Below, piece by piece: positions 11,361 through 21,511 of a DNA stretch of 64,000 nt (positions are counted from its first letter, which is position 1; every line of letters starts with the position of its first letter). Below the pieces are notes generated by a model, which worked only from the letters and a program-made list of their open reading frames with translations, made no database searches and was not told the origin of the DNA. Position numbers and translations under genes: made by a program. Source of the stretch: an uncultured Gemmatimonadales bacterium (GTDB lineage Bacteria > Gemmatimonadota > Gemmatimonadetes > Gemmatimonadales > Gemmatimonadaceae); contig CAWBZV010000009.1 of the NCBI GenBank assembly GCA_963793305.1, forward strand, positions 22,048 to 86,047. Direction: 5' to 3'.

Positions 11361-12822
11361 CCGAGCACAGCGCCTCGGCCAAGGTTCGCATACCGGCAAT
11401 GATGCGCGGCGGGTCCACGGCGGCGAACCCCAGCACCAGCCCGGCTTTGGCCGTCGGACCGTAGTAATAGTGTGATAGCGGCGCGACCTCGATGCCGCGC
11501 TCGAGTGCCGCGCGCGCCGCACCGGTGTCGTTCCGAACCGTGTTCAACTCGGCCGCGACGTGCAGCCCGGTATCGCTGTCACCAAACGTCAAACTATCGC
11601 CACAGAACCGAGCCGCAGCGCGGCGCAGCGCGTCATGCCGCTCGGAGTACAGGTGCCGCATCCGACGAACGTGTCTCGCGTAGTGACCCTCCGTGATGAA
11701 ATCGGTGAGAACGACCTGATCGAGCGTCTGGGGATGGCAGTCGAACCGGGCGCGCGCGCCGATGAAGGGATCGACGAGCGACTCCGGCACGATCATGAAT
11801 CCGAGGCGCAGCGCCGGGAAGATCGTCTTGCTGAATGATCCGACGTAGATGACCGTGCCATCGTTGTCGAGTCCGAAGAGCGCTGGCATCGGCCGGCCCT
11901 GATAGCGGAACTCCCCGTCGTAATCGTCTTCGATGACCCACGCGCCCGCTCTCGCGGCCCATCGAAGCAGGGCGAGCCGCCGCGAGAGCGTGAGACAGAC
12001 GCCGAGGGGGTGCTGGTGCGACGGCGCGACGAACGCGAGTCGCGCGGACGGCGCCATCCGCTCACCGGCCGCGACATTCAACCCTTGCGCATCGACGGGT
12101 ACCGGAACGATCGATGCGCCCGCGGACGTGAGCGCGCTGCGCGCGCCGAAGTAGCCAGGCTCTTCGAGCCACGCCTGATCGCCGTGGTCGAGCAGCATGC
12201 GCGCTGCATAGGTGAGCGCGTGCTGCGCGCCGGCCATGATGAGCACTTGGTCCGGCGAACATTGGATCCCCCGCGTCACCGCGACGTGAGCGGCGATGGC
12301 TTCGCGCAACGGCCGATACCCGCCCGGCGTGCCGTAGTCGAGCAGCGTAATCGACGTGTTTCGTCGTCGTCGTGCCGCGAGCCGGGCCCACACCGTCACC
12401 GGAAAGTGATCGAGCGCCGGGGTGCCGATGCGGAACGGCCGCGGTGCGCCGGCGACGCGTTCGACGACGCGCGGCGCATCCAGCAGCGCCGTCCCAATGC
12501 GGGAGAGCTTCGGCCGCGTTCGTCGTCGGGTCGGGCGATGTGGGTCATCGGGCAGCGTGCGCGCCACGAACGTGCCGGACGCACCTGCTGAGACAACGCA
12601 GCCCTCGGCCTGGAGCTGCCACAACGCGAACACGACGGTGGTTCGCGACACGCCGAGCTCGTCGGCCAGCGCCCGCGAAGATGGGAGACGTGCGCCGGGG
12701 CTCAACGAGCCCGCGAGAATCGCATCGCGGATGCCCGTGTAGATCTGCTGTTGCAGCGGCGTGTCGCCCTCTTGGTCGACGCGGAAGTACACCGTGGCGG
12801 ACGAACGAGGATTTCTTCCCAT
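11353..12822 (-). CDS. MocR/PdxR family regulator (GntR HTH + aminotransferase domain)
   Basis: [49 protein letters not shown] 6 nt before ATG 12822. Confidence 0.9.
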   Translation of the reverse strand: MGRNPRSSATVYFRVDQEGDTPLQQQIYTGIRDAILAGSLSPGARLPSSRALADELGVSRTTVVFALWQLQAEGCVVSAGASGTFVARTLPDDPHRPTRRRTRPKLSRIGTALLDAPRVVERVAGAPRPFRIGTPALDHFPVTVWARLAARRRRNTSITLLDYGTPGGYRPLREAIAAHVAVTRGIQCSPDQVLIMAGAQHALTYAARMLLDHGDQAWLEEPGYFGARSALTSAGASIVPVPVDAQGLNVAAGERMAPSARLAFVAPSHQHPLGVCLTLSRRLALLRWAARAGAWVIEDDYDGEFRYQGRPMPALFGLDNDGTVIYVGSFSKTIFPALRLGFMIVPESLVDPFIGARARFDCHPQTLDQVVLTDFITEGHYARHVRRMRHLYSERHDALRRAAARFCGDSLTFGDSDTGLHVAAELNTVRNDTGAARAALERGIEVAPLSHYYYGPTAKAGLVLGFAAVDPPRIIAGMRTLAEALCSVT

Positions 12823-12919
12823 GGGGGGATCATACCCCACGAACTCCGTAATTGGTACGACCGAGATCGAACAATTTGGCTCTCCCGGTAAGACCGCCCC
12901 GATCTAGCTTGAATCAGAT

Positions 12920-13480
12920 ATGACGCGGTTGTTGTTAATCGAAGACCGGCCAGGAATTGTCGACGCATTCCGGGCCGAGGGGCTGGTGCTCGTCCGTACA
13001 TCGGACGACCGCGCAGGCCTGGCCTGCGTGCGTCCCACCGGCTCCGGTCTCCTGACCGTCGACCTCGCCTTGCCGGGTCACGCCGGCTACCGATGCGTGA
13101 ACGCCCTGATCGGCGGCACGGCGGACATCCCGATTCTCGCCGTCACCGGATGCGAACCATCCCTGCATGCAGACGCACTCTCAGCGCGACTGCGAGCCCT
13201 GGTGCGCCGCGATCGCGCGATTCGATTGGATCACGTCGCCGGCTGGCCGTCGACGCTGGGACTGTCCCCGCGTGAGTTCGATCGACTATTGACCATCGTG
13301 AGACGCTGCGGGCGTGTCACGATCGATCCCGACCGGCAATACCTGCTGACCGTGCGCGCGGCTGGGTTTCTTGTAGCGACCGGCGCCACGTCTGACTCCG
13401 CGACGTACTCGGACGCGTGGCATGCGACGCAGGTCGCGATCGCTCGCGACGCAACGCTGGAACACAAGGCCATCGCATGA
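12920..13480 (+). CDS. Degenerate OmpR-like response regulator
   Basis: LLLIED..VDLALPG..IPILAVT REC remnants and LSPREF..LLTVRAAGF winged-helix remnants, internally shortened. Confidence 0.5.
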   Translation: MTRLLLIEDRPGIVDAFRAEGLVLVRTSDDRAGLACVRPTGSGLLTVDLALPGHAGYRCVNALIGGTADIPILAVTGCEPSLHADALSARLRALVRRDRAIRLDHVAGWPSTLGLSPREFDRLLTIVRRCGRVTIDPDRQYLLTVRAAGFLVATGATSDSATYSDAWHATQVAIARDATLEHKAIA

Positions 13481-14265
13481 CGAGACAGCAATTCGGGCAG
13501 TGGTCGCTTGCCACGGGCATGATCGGGTTCGGCGTTCTCACGGCAATCACAGGCGACTTCGTCGCTCCGTGGGAAGCGGTGCCCGCATGGGTACCGGCGC
13601 GAGCGATCCTCGTGTACGCCTGTTGCGGCGTCATGATCGTGACGGGTGTGGGCTTGCTGATGTCGCGAACGGCGCCAGCGGCTGCGCGCATCTTGCTCGG
13701 CTATCTCATTCTCTGGCTGCTGCTGCTCAAGACCCCGAGTCTGTTCATCGCGCCACAGGCCGAAGTCAATTGGCTGGGCTGGGGCGAGATCGCCATCATG
13801 GTCGCCGGCGCGATGGCGGTCGATGCGAGATACAATGGCGGCCCGGGCAGACGCATCGCCCGCTATCTCTTCGGCATCGCGCTGCCGCCCATCGGCCTAT
13901 CCCACTTCGTCTACATGAAGGACGTGAACGGGATGGTCCCAGGTTGGCTGCCGTATCACTCGGGCTGGGTCGGTCTGACGGGCGCAAGCCATATCGCGGC
14001 CGGACTCGGCGTGCTGTTCGGGGTCTACGCTCGCCTCGCCGCGATCCTCGAGGCCAGCATGATCACGATCTTCACGCTCCTCGTGTGGGTCCCTGGTCTC
14101 CCCCACACCTGGACGCCCGTGCTCATCTCCCTCGCGATCGGCAACGGCGCGTGGGCCGTCGTCGGTGACGCCGACCTCAGTGATCGATCACACCGGGAGT
14201 CGGAGCCGGTCCAGCCTCTGCCGCCGCGACGTGGCGATCAAAAATCACCTGCTGCTCCGGTGTGA
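13477..14265 (+). CDS. DoxX-like membrane protein
   Basis: Multiple TM segments, GLSHF..MVPGWLP, ARLAAILEA. ATGA overlap. Confidence 0.7.
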   Translation: MTRQQFGQWSLATGMIGFGVLTAITGDFVAPWEAVPAWVPARAILVYACCGVMIVTGVGLLMSRTAPAAARILLGYLILWLLLLKTPSLFIAPQAEVNWLGWGEIAIMVAGAMAVDARYNGGPGRRIARYLFGIALPPIGLSHFVYMKDVNGMVPGWLPYHSGWVGLTGASHIAAGLGVLFGVYARLAAILEASMITIFTLLVWVPGLPHTWTPVLISLAIGNGAWAVVGDADLSDRSHRESEPVQPLPPRRGDQKSPAAPV

Positions 14266-14557
14266 GCACCCCGCGAATGTCGACGATCTCGCGCTGCACC
14301 ACGTTCTCCATATCGTCCTGATTGTAGCGCGTCGGACGCCCCATGCTTCGGAGCTGCGTCCGGTACATCGTGCGGATCGAGTCGATCTGCGCGTGCTGAT
14401 CGGATGTCTGCCTGATCCCCAGCAAGGGGTTCGGCGCCCGCAATAGCGCGGGCAGTGGGACCGTCTCGATGACCTCTTTCGGCGGGCCTGCAAAGGGGTT
14501 GCAGGCCAGGAGCCCTAAACCCAAGGCGCCGGACACAACGCTGACAAAAGTTCTCAT
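14177..14557 (-). CDS. Small lipoprotein, Spy/CpxP-like
   Basis: Lipobox LLAC, helical body, VLTPEQ (LTxxQ) motif. Confidence 0.55.
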   Translation of the reverse strand: MRTFVSVVSGALGLGLLACNPFAGPPKEVIETVPLPALLRAPNPLLGIRQTSDQHAQIDSIRTMYRTQLRSMGRPTRYNQDDMENVVQREIVDIRGVLTPEQQVIFDRHVAAAEAGPAPTPGVIDH

Positions 14558-14584
14558 GCTCATCAATACACCGTAATATAGAAT

Positions 14585-16006
14585 ATGACGTTTCAGCGCA
14601 AGCTGTTGCTCGGGTTCTCACTGATGGCGGTGCCGGCGCTGCTGATCGCGGCAGAGGCGATCCGGACCAATGGGCTCGAGCGCAACGCGCTGAACGCGCT
14701 CGGCGAGAATATGGCGCGGAACCGCTCCTACGGTGAGCTGGAAGCGGCCATGTCCGACCAAGCCGAGGTCGTGTGGCGCTATCTCACGGGTATGGATTCC
14801 ACCGGGAAGCGGGAGTTTGCGCTCTCGGACAGCGTAATCGACTATTGGCACGCGCGATGGATCGCCGATCTCCCGGCCGATGAGCTTGGCCTGGCCGATA
14901 CCGTCCATCTGATCCGGGTCCAGATCGGCGCCGTGGCCCGGCGCGTGTTCGCCGAGTACGACGCGGGACATCACCTCGCCGCGTATCAAATGGCGCAGCG
15001 GGACCTGCGCGATATCGTGATGCCCGCGCTGTCCGGCGTCAATCGCGAGGTCTATCGGCGGACGCGCGAGTCGAGCGTGCGCGGGGCGTACTCCCAGCTC
15101 GCCGGCATTATCGGCAGCGAGCGCTGGGCGCTCCTCGGCATCCTGATCCTCTCGCTCGGCACCGGGCTCGTGGCCTCGTGGCTGATCGCCAACAGTCTGG
15201 CGCGGCCTATCCGGGAGTTGAGTCAGGCGATGGCCGTGGTCGGCACGGGGAATCTCGACCATCCGATCGCCGCCACATCGAACGATGAGATCGGCGACCT
15301 GGCGAAGGCTCTGTCGGCCATGACGTCGACGCTCCGTCAGACGCAGTCCCGATTGGTCCACTCCGAGCGCTTGGCATCCATCGGCGAGATGTCCGCCGCG
15401 GTCGCGCACGGGTTGCGTAATCCGCTCGCCAGTCTCCGCGCGGCGGCCCAACTGGGGTCGCGTCACGCCGAGGGTGCCTCGCGGGAGCACTTCGAAGTGA
15501 TCATAGAAGAAGTCGATCGGCTGGACCGCCGTGTGAGCCATTTACTGAGCTTCTCGCGGCCCGCCCCATTTCATCCCTCGCCAGAGAGCGTGGCGACGCT
15601 GATCGATGACCTCCAACCGACGTTTGCTGAATTACTAAAGGATCATAGCGTCACGCTCGAAGTCCACGCGCCAGCTACTTTGCGTCCCGTGCGCGTCGAC
15701 CCCATGCAGATCGAACAGGCATTACTCGAAATTATTTCAAATGCGCTCGACGCGATGCCGAACGGGGGTCGACTACGTGTCGCCGCGCACGCGGCGCACG
15801 AAGGCGTAGAGATAGAGATTACCGACACGGGCGGCGGCATTCCCCAGAGCATTATCGCGTCAGTCTGCGAGCCGTTCTTCACGACGCGCCCAGAGGGGAC
15901 GGGTCTGGGCCTCGCCATTGCCAAACGCTACGTCGAACAAAATGGCGGTCGCTTGGGCGTCACGAGCGAGAACGGCGGAACGACGGTCCGCGTCTGGCTG
16001 CCATGA
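14585..16006 (+). CDS. Sensor histidine kinase (periplasmic domain, HAMP, HisKA, HATPase)
   Basis: Two TMs, DEIGDLA, AHGLRNPL, NALDA, DTGGG, PFFTT, GTGLGL. Confidence 0.92.
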   Translation: MTFQRKLLLGFSLMAVPALLIAAEAIRTNGLERNALNALGENMARNRSYGELEAAMSDQAEVVWRYLTGMDSTGKREFALSDSVIDYWHARWIADLPADELGLADTVHLIRVQIGAVARRVFAEYDAGHHLAAYQMAQRDLRDIVMPALSGVNREVYRRTRESSVRGAYSQLAGIIGSERWALLGILILSLGTGLVASWLIANSLARPIRELSQAMAVVGTGNLDHPIAATSNDEIGDLAKALSAMTSTLRQTQSRLVHSERLASIGEMSAAVAHGLRNPLASLRAAAQLGSRHAEGASREHFEVIIEEVDRLDRRVSHLLSFSRPAPFHPSPESVATLIDDLQPTFAELLKDHSVTLEVHAPATLRPVRVDPMQIEQALLEIISNALDAMPNGGRLRVAAHAAHEGVEIEITDTGGGIPQSIIASVCEPFFTTRPEGTGLGLAIAKRYVEQNGGRLGVTSENGGTTVRVWLP

Positions 16007-17344
16007 ACGGCTCGACGGTCTTGATCGTTGACGACGAGCGCACACTCGCCCGATCGATCAAAGCGTTCTTGACGGAATCCGGCTATAACGCCGAAGTCGC
16101 CGGAACGGCCGAGCAGGCGCTGGAGTTGCTCGAGCGACTGCGGCCGGATGTCATCTTCCTCGAACGTCCGCCTGCCGGGGATGAGCGGCATCGAGCTGCT
16201 GCAGAAGATCCGTGAGTTCGACCCCGCGGTGCCCGTCGTGATCATGACGGCATTCGGCACGATCGAGGGCGCGGTCGATGCCGTCAAGCGCGGCGCGTTC
16301 GACTATCTCAAGAAGCCCGTCGACCTCGACGAGCTCAAGCTCCTGGCCGACCGCGCGCGCCAGCACTCGTTGATGCGGCAGGAGCTGTCGTACTATCGCG
16401 CGCGCACGGCGCGTGAGGCGCCATTCGCGGGGATCGTCGGCGATTCGCCCGCGATGCGCGCGGTGCTCGACCGGGCGCGCCAGGTCGCGGCGCTCGACGA
16501 CGTGCCGCCGATTCTCATCACCGGCGAGACGGGCACCGGCAAAGGCCTCGTGGCCCGAAGCATTCACTCCTCCGGCCCCCGCGCCGCCAAGCCATTCATC
16601 GAGGTGAACTGCACCGCGCTGCCCGGCACGCTCATGGAGGCCGAGCTGTTCGGCCATGAGCGCGGCGCGTTTACGGATGCCAAAGAATCCAAGATCGGCT
16701 TGTTCGAAGCAGCGGAAGGCGGCTTTTTATTTCTTGACGAGATCGGCAACGTCGAGCTGTCATTGCAGGGGAAGCTGCTCCGCGCCATCGAAGAGCGCGT
16801 GGTGCGCCGCGTCGGTGGCGTGCGCGACCGCAAAGTCGATCTTCGCATTTTGACGGCGACGAACCGCGATCTCGAGAAGGAGTCGCAGCAAGGGCGATTT
16901 CGCAAAGATCTCTACTTTCGGCTCGCCGTGATCGTGCTCCATCTCCCCGCGTTGCGTGAGCGCAGTGATGACGTGCTGCTCTTGGCCGAGGAGTTCTTGC
17001 GGCGCTTCAGCATCAAATACGGCCGCGAGGTACGGCGTATCGATCCGCCCGCGAGAGATGCGCTCCTGGCGTATTCCTGGCCAGGAAACGTGCGGGAGCT
17101 CAGTCACGTGATCGAGCGCGCCGTCTTATGGAGTCAGGGGCCGGCGCTCGACGCCGGCTCGTTGTCCTTGATTGAACCGGAGCCGGCTCGGAGCTCGGGA
17201 TCCGATCTCATTCAGTGGGAGCGCTCGATGATCGAGCAGGCGCTGCGAGAGGCCGGTGGCAACCAGACCAAGGCCGCGCAGCGCCTGGGGATCAGTCGAG
17301 ACACACTCCGCTATCGGATCAAGAAGTTCGGTATCGTTGGGTGA
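16003..17344 (+). CDS. Sigma54-dependent NtrC-family response regulator (frameshift ~16163)
   Basis: VLIVDDE REC, GETGTGK, ELFGHERGAFTDA, FRKDLYFRL, WPGNVREL, Fis HTH NQTKAAQRLGISRDTL. Confidence 0.92.
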
Positions 17345-17373
17345 AATCACCCAATTTGGGGGAAATGCCCCAC
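17337..17373. promoter_or_regulatory. Tandem palindromic enhancer (UAS) candidates
   Basis: TTGGGTGAAATCACCCAA (17337-17354, perfect arms) and TTGGGGGAAATGCCCCAC (17356-17373). Confidence 0.6.
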
Positions 17374-17414
17374 CCAATGACCTCGTAAGTCGTTATATGG
17401 CAATGACTAGCGCG

Positions 17415-17430
17415 CGGCACGCTCAGTGCT
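17415..17430 (+). promoter_or_regulatory. Sigma54 -24/-12 promoter for pqqA
   Basis: cGGCACGCTCAGTGCt = GG-N10-GC, close to the TGGCAC-N5-TTGC consensus. Confidence 0.7.
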
Positions 17431-17466
17431 TAGTATAGGGATGTCTACAACGCACCTGGAGGGCAT

Positions 17467-17541
17467 ATGACCTGGACGAAGCCTGAGTTCGAAGTGGTCG
17501 AAGTGACCATGGAAGTCACCGCGTACGTGGCTCGGCGCTAA
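17467..17541 (+). CDS. pqqA: PQQ precursor peptide PqqA (24 aa)
   Basis: MTWTKPEFEVVEVTMEVTAYVARR has the W-x-K-P leader and E-V-T-x-Y core. GGAGG RBS upstream. Confidence 0.88.
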   Translation: MTWTKPEFEVVEVTMEVTAYVARR

Positions 17542-17555
17542 CCGCCAGCCGTTCG

Positions 17556-17599
17556 AGCAAAGGGACCCGCCGCGAGCGACGGGTCCCTTGCTTTTTTTT
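17556..17599 (+). terminator. Intrinsic terminator after pqqA
   Basis: AGGGACCCG..CGGGTCCCT stem followed by T8. Confidence 0.85.
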
Positions 17600-17601
17600 G
17601 C

Positions 17602-17712
17602 ATGAAGAAACGCCAGCCTCCGCCAAAAAAGCCGCCGAAGCTGCAGCCGGTGCGCCGGGTCGTGACCAAGCCGCGTGCGACTTCGGCGAAAGGCGGCCGC
17701 CGCGGTAACTAA
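17602..17712 (+). CDS. Possible 36-aa basic Lys/Arg/Pro-rich peptide
   Basis: MKKRQPPPKKPPKLQPVRRVVTKPRATSAKGGRRGN. Stop overlaps the convergent gene's stop. Confidence 0.35.
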   Translation: MKKRQPPPKKPPKLQPVRRVVTKPRATSAKGGRRGN

Positions 17713-18053
17713 GCCGCGTAGTACGCCTCGATCCCCCAGCGCACGACATCGTCCGTCAACGACCGCGCCGCACCGACGTCGAGCTTCTCGGCGTCCGCGT
17801 CGAGGACGAGTCCCTTGAGTAGCATCAGCACCTTTTCTGGTGGCATGCCTTTGGCGCGCTCCAGTCCCGCGATGGCGGAGACGGTATCGCGCAATCGGTC
17901 GCGCAGGAGCTGTTCGTCGCCGATCAATGCGTCCGTCCAGACGACTCGCTCGCGCCGTACCCTGTGCTCTTTGGCCTCGCCAATGGCCTGCACCGCGCGA
18001 TGAAGCAGAACGGACGCTTCGCGCACCAGCGGTGAGCTGACTTCGTCTTGCAC
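17709..18053 (-). CDS. Small hypothetical helical protein (GxPPExxLxxLK motif)
   Basis: GGAGG upstream of GTG 18053. Motif shared with 42834-43151. Confidence 0.65.
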   Translation of the reverse strand: MQDEVSSPLVREASVLLHRAVQAIGEAKEHRVRRERVVWTDALIGDEQLLRDRLRDTVSAIAGLERAKGMPPEKVLMLLKGLVLDADAEKLDVGAARSLTDDVVRWGIEAYYAA

Positions 18054-18105
18054 TGCGTCACCTCCGCCGGAGGGGCTGCCAATATCCCACCCGGCGGTGG
18101 TGCGG

Positions 18106-19380
18106 TCAAGGGAAAGGTTGAGGCCGCGGCCACGGCCATGGCCACGGATCGACATGGTCGCCGGCGAGCGCGCGCACGACCGCGCGACGGACCTCGGGGT
18201 CGGTCGAGTGGAGGAACTCGCCGAGCGTTTGCTCCGCGTGAGCGCCCGAGTGGACGATCGCGCGGATCAACGCTTTCCTGACTTCGGTCGATTGCTCTTG
18301 GCGCAGCGCCGCCTCGATGGCCGGCGCGGTCTGCGGGTCCTCGATCTGTGAGAGCGCCCACGCGGCCTTGAGGCGCACGTCGGCGTCGCCATCCTTGAGC
18401 GCGTTCACGAGGCCCGCCGGCGCAGGGTGCGGCTCGATCTGTCCGAGTGCCCACGCGGCGGTCCCGCGCACGCGCGCCGTGTGATCGCTGCTCACCGCTT
18501 GCCCGAGCGCGGCGCTCGCCGACGCGTCTCCGATCTGGCCAAGTGCCCACGCCGCGGTTTCTCTCGTTTTGTCATCCGCATCGTCGCGCAGGACCTTCGC
18601 GAGTGCGTTCACCGCGCTGTGCGACTCGTGCTGGCCGAGCGCCCACACGATCTGCTCTCTCACGTCGGCGTCACGCTCCTGCGCCAGCGCGTCCGTCAAG
18701 TCGCCGTCGGCATTCTGTGTGTCGAGCTGTCCGAGCGCCCATGCCGCCGCTCTCCGAACACTCGCGACAGGGTCATGCCGCAGTAACCCAACCAGCGCCG
18801 GAACGATCGACACGGAGTCCATATGCCCCACGGCGACCGTGGCTGCCTCTCGGACCCGCGCATCGTCATCGTGCAACGTGCCAGCGAGCGAAGCGAGCGC
18901 GCGTCCTTCGCCGATGCGCCCGAGCGCCCATGCCGCGTTGGTGCGAACGCCGGCATCGCGATCTTTGAGCGCGTGAGCCAGCGGGTCGATCGCGTGCTCG
19001 GATTCCACCAATCCCAGTCCGTACGCGGCGATCTGCCGCATGCCCACAGCGTTCGATCCGAGCCGGTCGGTGAGTGCGGTCGCTGCCGCCGGCTCGTCGC
19101 TTTTGTCCGTGCGGCCGATCAACCGGACGGACATCTCACGGACACATGGGTCGTCGCTCGCCAGACTGTCGACGAGCATGTGCACGGCATCAGCGCCGAC
19201 GTGCTCGATCACCCATTGGTTTGGCTGCGCGCCGAGTGGTGTGACCGGGCCGCCGGTGCCGGAGCGCCAGCCCCAGTGATCGCCGATGGCGTCCGCGGCG
19301 TAGGCGCAGATGGCGGGCGGTGCTCCATGGGCGGCGCCCAGGATCGACGCCACGACGGCTAGCTGGTGAAAAATCAGCAT
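18106..19380 (-). CDS. Secreted HEAT/PBS-lyase repeat protein
   Basis: Signal peptide, about 9 repeats of VRxxAAWALG, C-terminal WPWPWPRPQPFP. Confidence 0.85.
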   Translation of the reverse strand: MLIFHQLAVVASILGAAHGAPPAICAYAADAIGDHWGWRSGTGGPVTPLGAQPNQWVIEHVGADAVHMLVDSLASDDPCVREMSVRLIGRTDKSDEPAAATALTDRLGSNAVGMRQIAAYGLGLVESEHAIDPLAHALKDRDAGVRTNAAWALGRIGEGRALASLAGTLHDDDARVREAATVAVGHMDSVSIVPALVGLLRHDPVASVRRAAAWALGQLDTQNADGDLTDALAQERDADVREQIVWALGQHESHSAVNALAKVLRDDADDKTRETAAWALGQIGDASASAALGQAVSSDHTARVRGTAAWALGQIEPHPAPAGLVNALKDGDADVRLKAAWALSQIEDPQTAPAIEAALRQEQSTEVRKALIRAIVHSGAHAEQTLGEFLHSTDPEVRRAVVRALAGDHVDPWPWPWPRPQPFP

Positions 19381-19402
19381 TGGCGGGGTTTTTAAAAAAG
19401 GG

Positions 19403-21508
19403 TCAGGGAGTTGGGCGGGGACGTGGCCACGGCATCGGCCAGACGTTGAGATGGTCACCAGCCAGCGCGCGGACCGCGAGCTCGCGCGTCGCCGGATCCT
19501 TCGAGTCCAGCAACCGCTCGACGGCCTCTGGCGAGCGCTCGCCCATCGCGGCGATCGCCCGGACCATGTCGCGGCGCAGATCCTCATCGGTCTCGCTCTG
19601 CAAGGCCTTCTCGATCGCCGGCTCGGTACTCGGGTCCTTGATGTTGAACAGGGCCCACGTGGCCATTTTCCGTACGCGTGGTTCCGGGTCTGCCAGCAGC
19701 GCGCTGAGCTCTGACGGCGCGTGCTCCAGGTCGCACTGCCCGACCGCCCAGGCCGCGCTGGCGCGCACCTTCGAGTCGGCATCGTGCAGAGCGGTGACGA
19801 ACAAGGGGACGCTCATTGACTTGCAGTCGCTCGCCAGCGACCAGGCGGCGGTCGCGCGGACCGACGGGTCGTGGTCCTCGCGCACGGCGTCGGACAAGGC
19901 GGTCGCGACATTGTCGCCTTCCACGCCCTCGAGCGCCCAGGCGGCCATCTCGCGGACCTCGGCGTCCGAGTCGTGCCGCAGCGCGGTGGCGAGTGCGCTC
20001 CGGACCGGGTCTTCGTCGTGGAACTGCTCCAGTCCCCACGCGGCGACTTTGCGGAGCGACGCGCTCGAATCGGAGCGCAGGATCGAGATCAAGAGCGTCC
20101 AACGCCGCGCGCTCGAATCGGCGCCCTGCGTTGGCGCTAAAGCCGTGGTGCGGGACGGTATGGGAGCTGGCGTTGGTGCCGGCGCTGGCATCGGCACCGG
20201 CCGTGGGGCTGGCGTCTCGTCAGCGATCGATGTTCTCGGCTTCACGGCGACCACCGGTGGCGCAGGGATCGTCGCGACTTGCGCGGTCCGCGTCAGCGGC
20301 CGCGCACTAGCGACCGCCGCGCGCGGTGCGAGAACCGCGATGCCGATGATGGCGTACAGCGCGCCGAGCGTCCCGACCAATGCCATCGCCCGCAATCGAC
20401 TCGGCGTCCCACGACGACGCTCCGGATCGAGAATCGCGAGCATGCGCCCTTCGAAGTCGCGCTTCCGCGCCATCGTGCACGCCACCGCGGGCGCGACCGG
20501 TCCACGAATGCTCGTCACGATGTCGAGCAGATGCTGGGCGTAATCGCTCGCCCGCGCGCCCGACCGGATCGCGAGATCATCGCACGCCCGCTCGCTCTCG
20601 GCGCGCAGATGCCGCGCGGCCATCCAGACGAGAGGGTGAAACCAGTACATGATGCACGCCAGGCGGCTCAGCAGATGTCCGAACATGTCGCGCCGTTGGA
20701 TGTGCGCGAGCTCGTGCAGCAGTACCACGCGCCGGCGCTCGTCCGTCCACGACATCGCCTCGGTCGGCAGCACGATCGTCGGGTGACGGAATCCGCACGC
20801 GAACGGTACGCGCACGGCGTTCGACACGACCAGCCGCGGTAGCTCTTCCATGTCGAGCCTGTCCGCGACTTCATGCAGCGCAGCGCGCCAGGCTCCGGCA
20901 TCGACTTCCGGCGCTGTATATGCGATGCGACGAACGGTCAGCAGTCCGTGCACAAGGCGGGCGACCAGCGCCAGTACGCCCAGCGCCCACACGGCGAGCA
21001 GCCACCCCGAAAAGCGCGTCGCTGACGCGAACGTGGAGCCCGCCGTCATGGGCTGTGCCGACGTGGGTTCTGACTGCTTGGATTCTGTCGTCGTGGCCGC
21101 CACTGTGGGGATCGGCGACTTCGGCGCTGCGGTCTTCTCGGCGGGGATCGGCGACTCCCGGGCTGCGGTCTTCTCGGCGGGGATCAGCGACTCCCGTGCT
21201 GCGGTCTTCTCGGCGGGGATCAGCGACTCCGGTGCTGCGGGCGCTGCGGTTTGCTCGGCCGCGATCGGCGAGTGCACCGCAGTCCGCTCGGTTGCGGTCG
21301 CCGCAGGCGCCGCGTAATTCGCGCTGGGCGGAAGCACCGGCACCCGAATCGGTCGCCATTCGAGCGCAGCGGGAAGCATCACGAGCCCACCGAGCGTGGC
21401 AAGCCAGACAAGATGCCGCGCCCCGGCCGAGGCTCGACGGAGCGAGCTCGCGACGAGATACGCGACGATGACGAGCAGGGTGATTTTGACTAAGACGATG
21501 ATCAACAC
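19403..21508 (-). CDS. BlaR1/M56 family metallopeptidase with C-terminal HEAT repeats
   Basis: RHLVW, LLHELAHIQRRD, YWFHPLVW, ESERACDD, YAQHLL, HEAT repeats, C-terminal WPMPWPRPRPTP. Confidence 0.9.
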   Translation of the reverse strand: MLIIVLVKITLLVIVAYLVASSLRRASAGARHLVWLATLGGLVMLPAALEWRPIRVPVLPPSANYAAPAATATERTAVHSPIAAEQTAAPAAPESLIPAEKTAARESLIPAEKTAARESPIPAEKTAAPKSPIPTVAATTTESKQSEPTSAQPMTAGSTFASATRFSGWLLAVWALGVLALVARLVHGLLTVRRIAYTAPEVDAGAWRAALHEVADRLDMEELPRLVVSNAVRVPFACGFRHPTIVLPTEAMSWTDERRRVVLLHELAHIQRRDMFGHLLSRLACIMYWFHPLVWMAARHLRAESERACDDLAIRSGARASDYAQHLLDIVTSIRGPVAPAVACTMARKRDFEGRMLAILDPERRRGTPSRLRAMALVGTLGALYAIIGIAVLAPRAAVASARPLTRTAQVATIPAPPVVAVKPRTSIADETPAPRPVPMPAPAPTPAPIPSRTTALAPTQGADSSARRWTLLISILRSDSSASLRKVAAWGLEQFHDEDPVRSALATALRHDSDAEVREMAAWALEGVEGDNVATALSDAVREDHDPSVRATAAWSLASDCKSMSVPLFVTALHDADSKVRASAAWAVGQCDLEHAPSELSALLADPEPRVRKMATWALFNIKDPSTEPAIEKALQSETDEDLRRDMVRAIAAMGERSPEAVERLLDSKDPATRELAVRALAGDHLNVWPMPWPRPRPTP
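21107..21272. repeat. 36-bp coding tandem repeat (~4.5 copies) in the M56 linker
   Basis: Unit ggggatc(g/a)gcgact..gctgcggtcttctcggc encoding ES(L/P)IPAEKTAA(R/P). Confidence 0.9.
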
Positions 21509-21511
21509 GTA

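Noticed and set aside
21107..21272. CRISPR array
   Set aside because: The 36-bp units are contiguous with no spacers, in frame within a CDS, and no cas genes are present.
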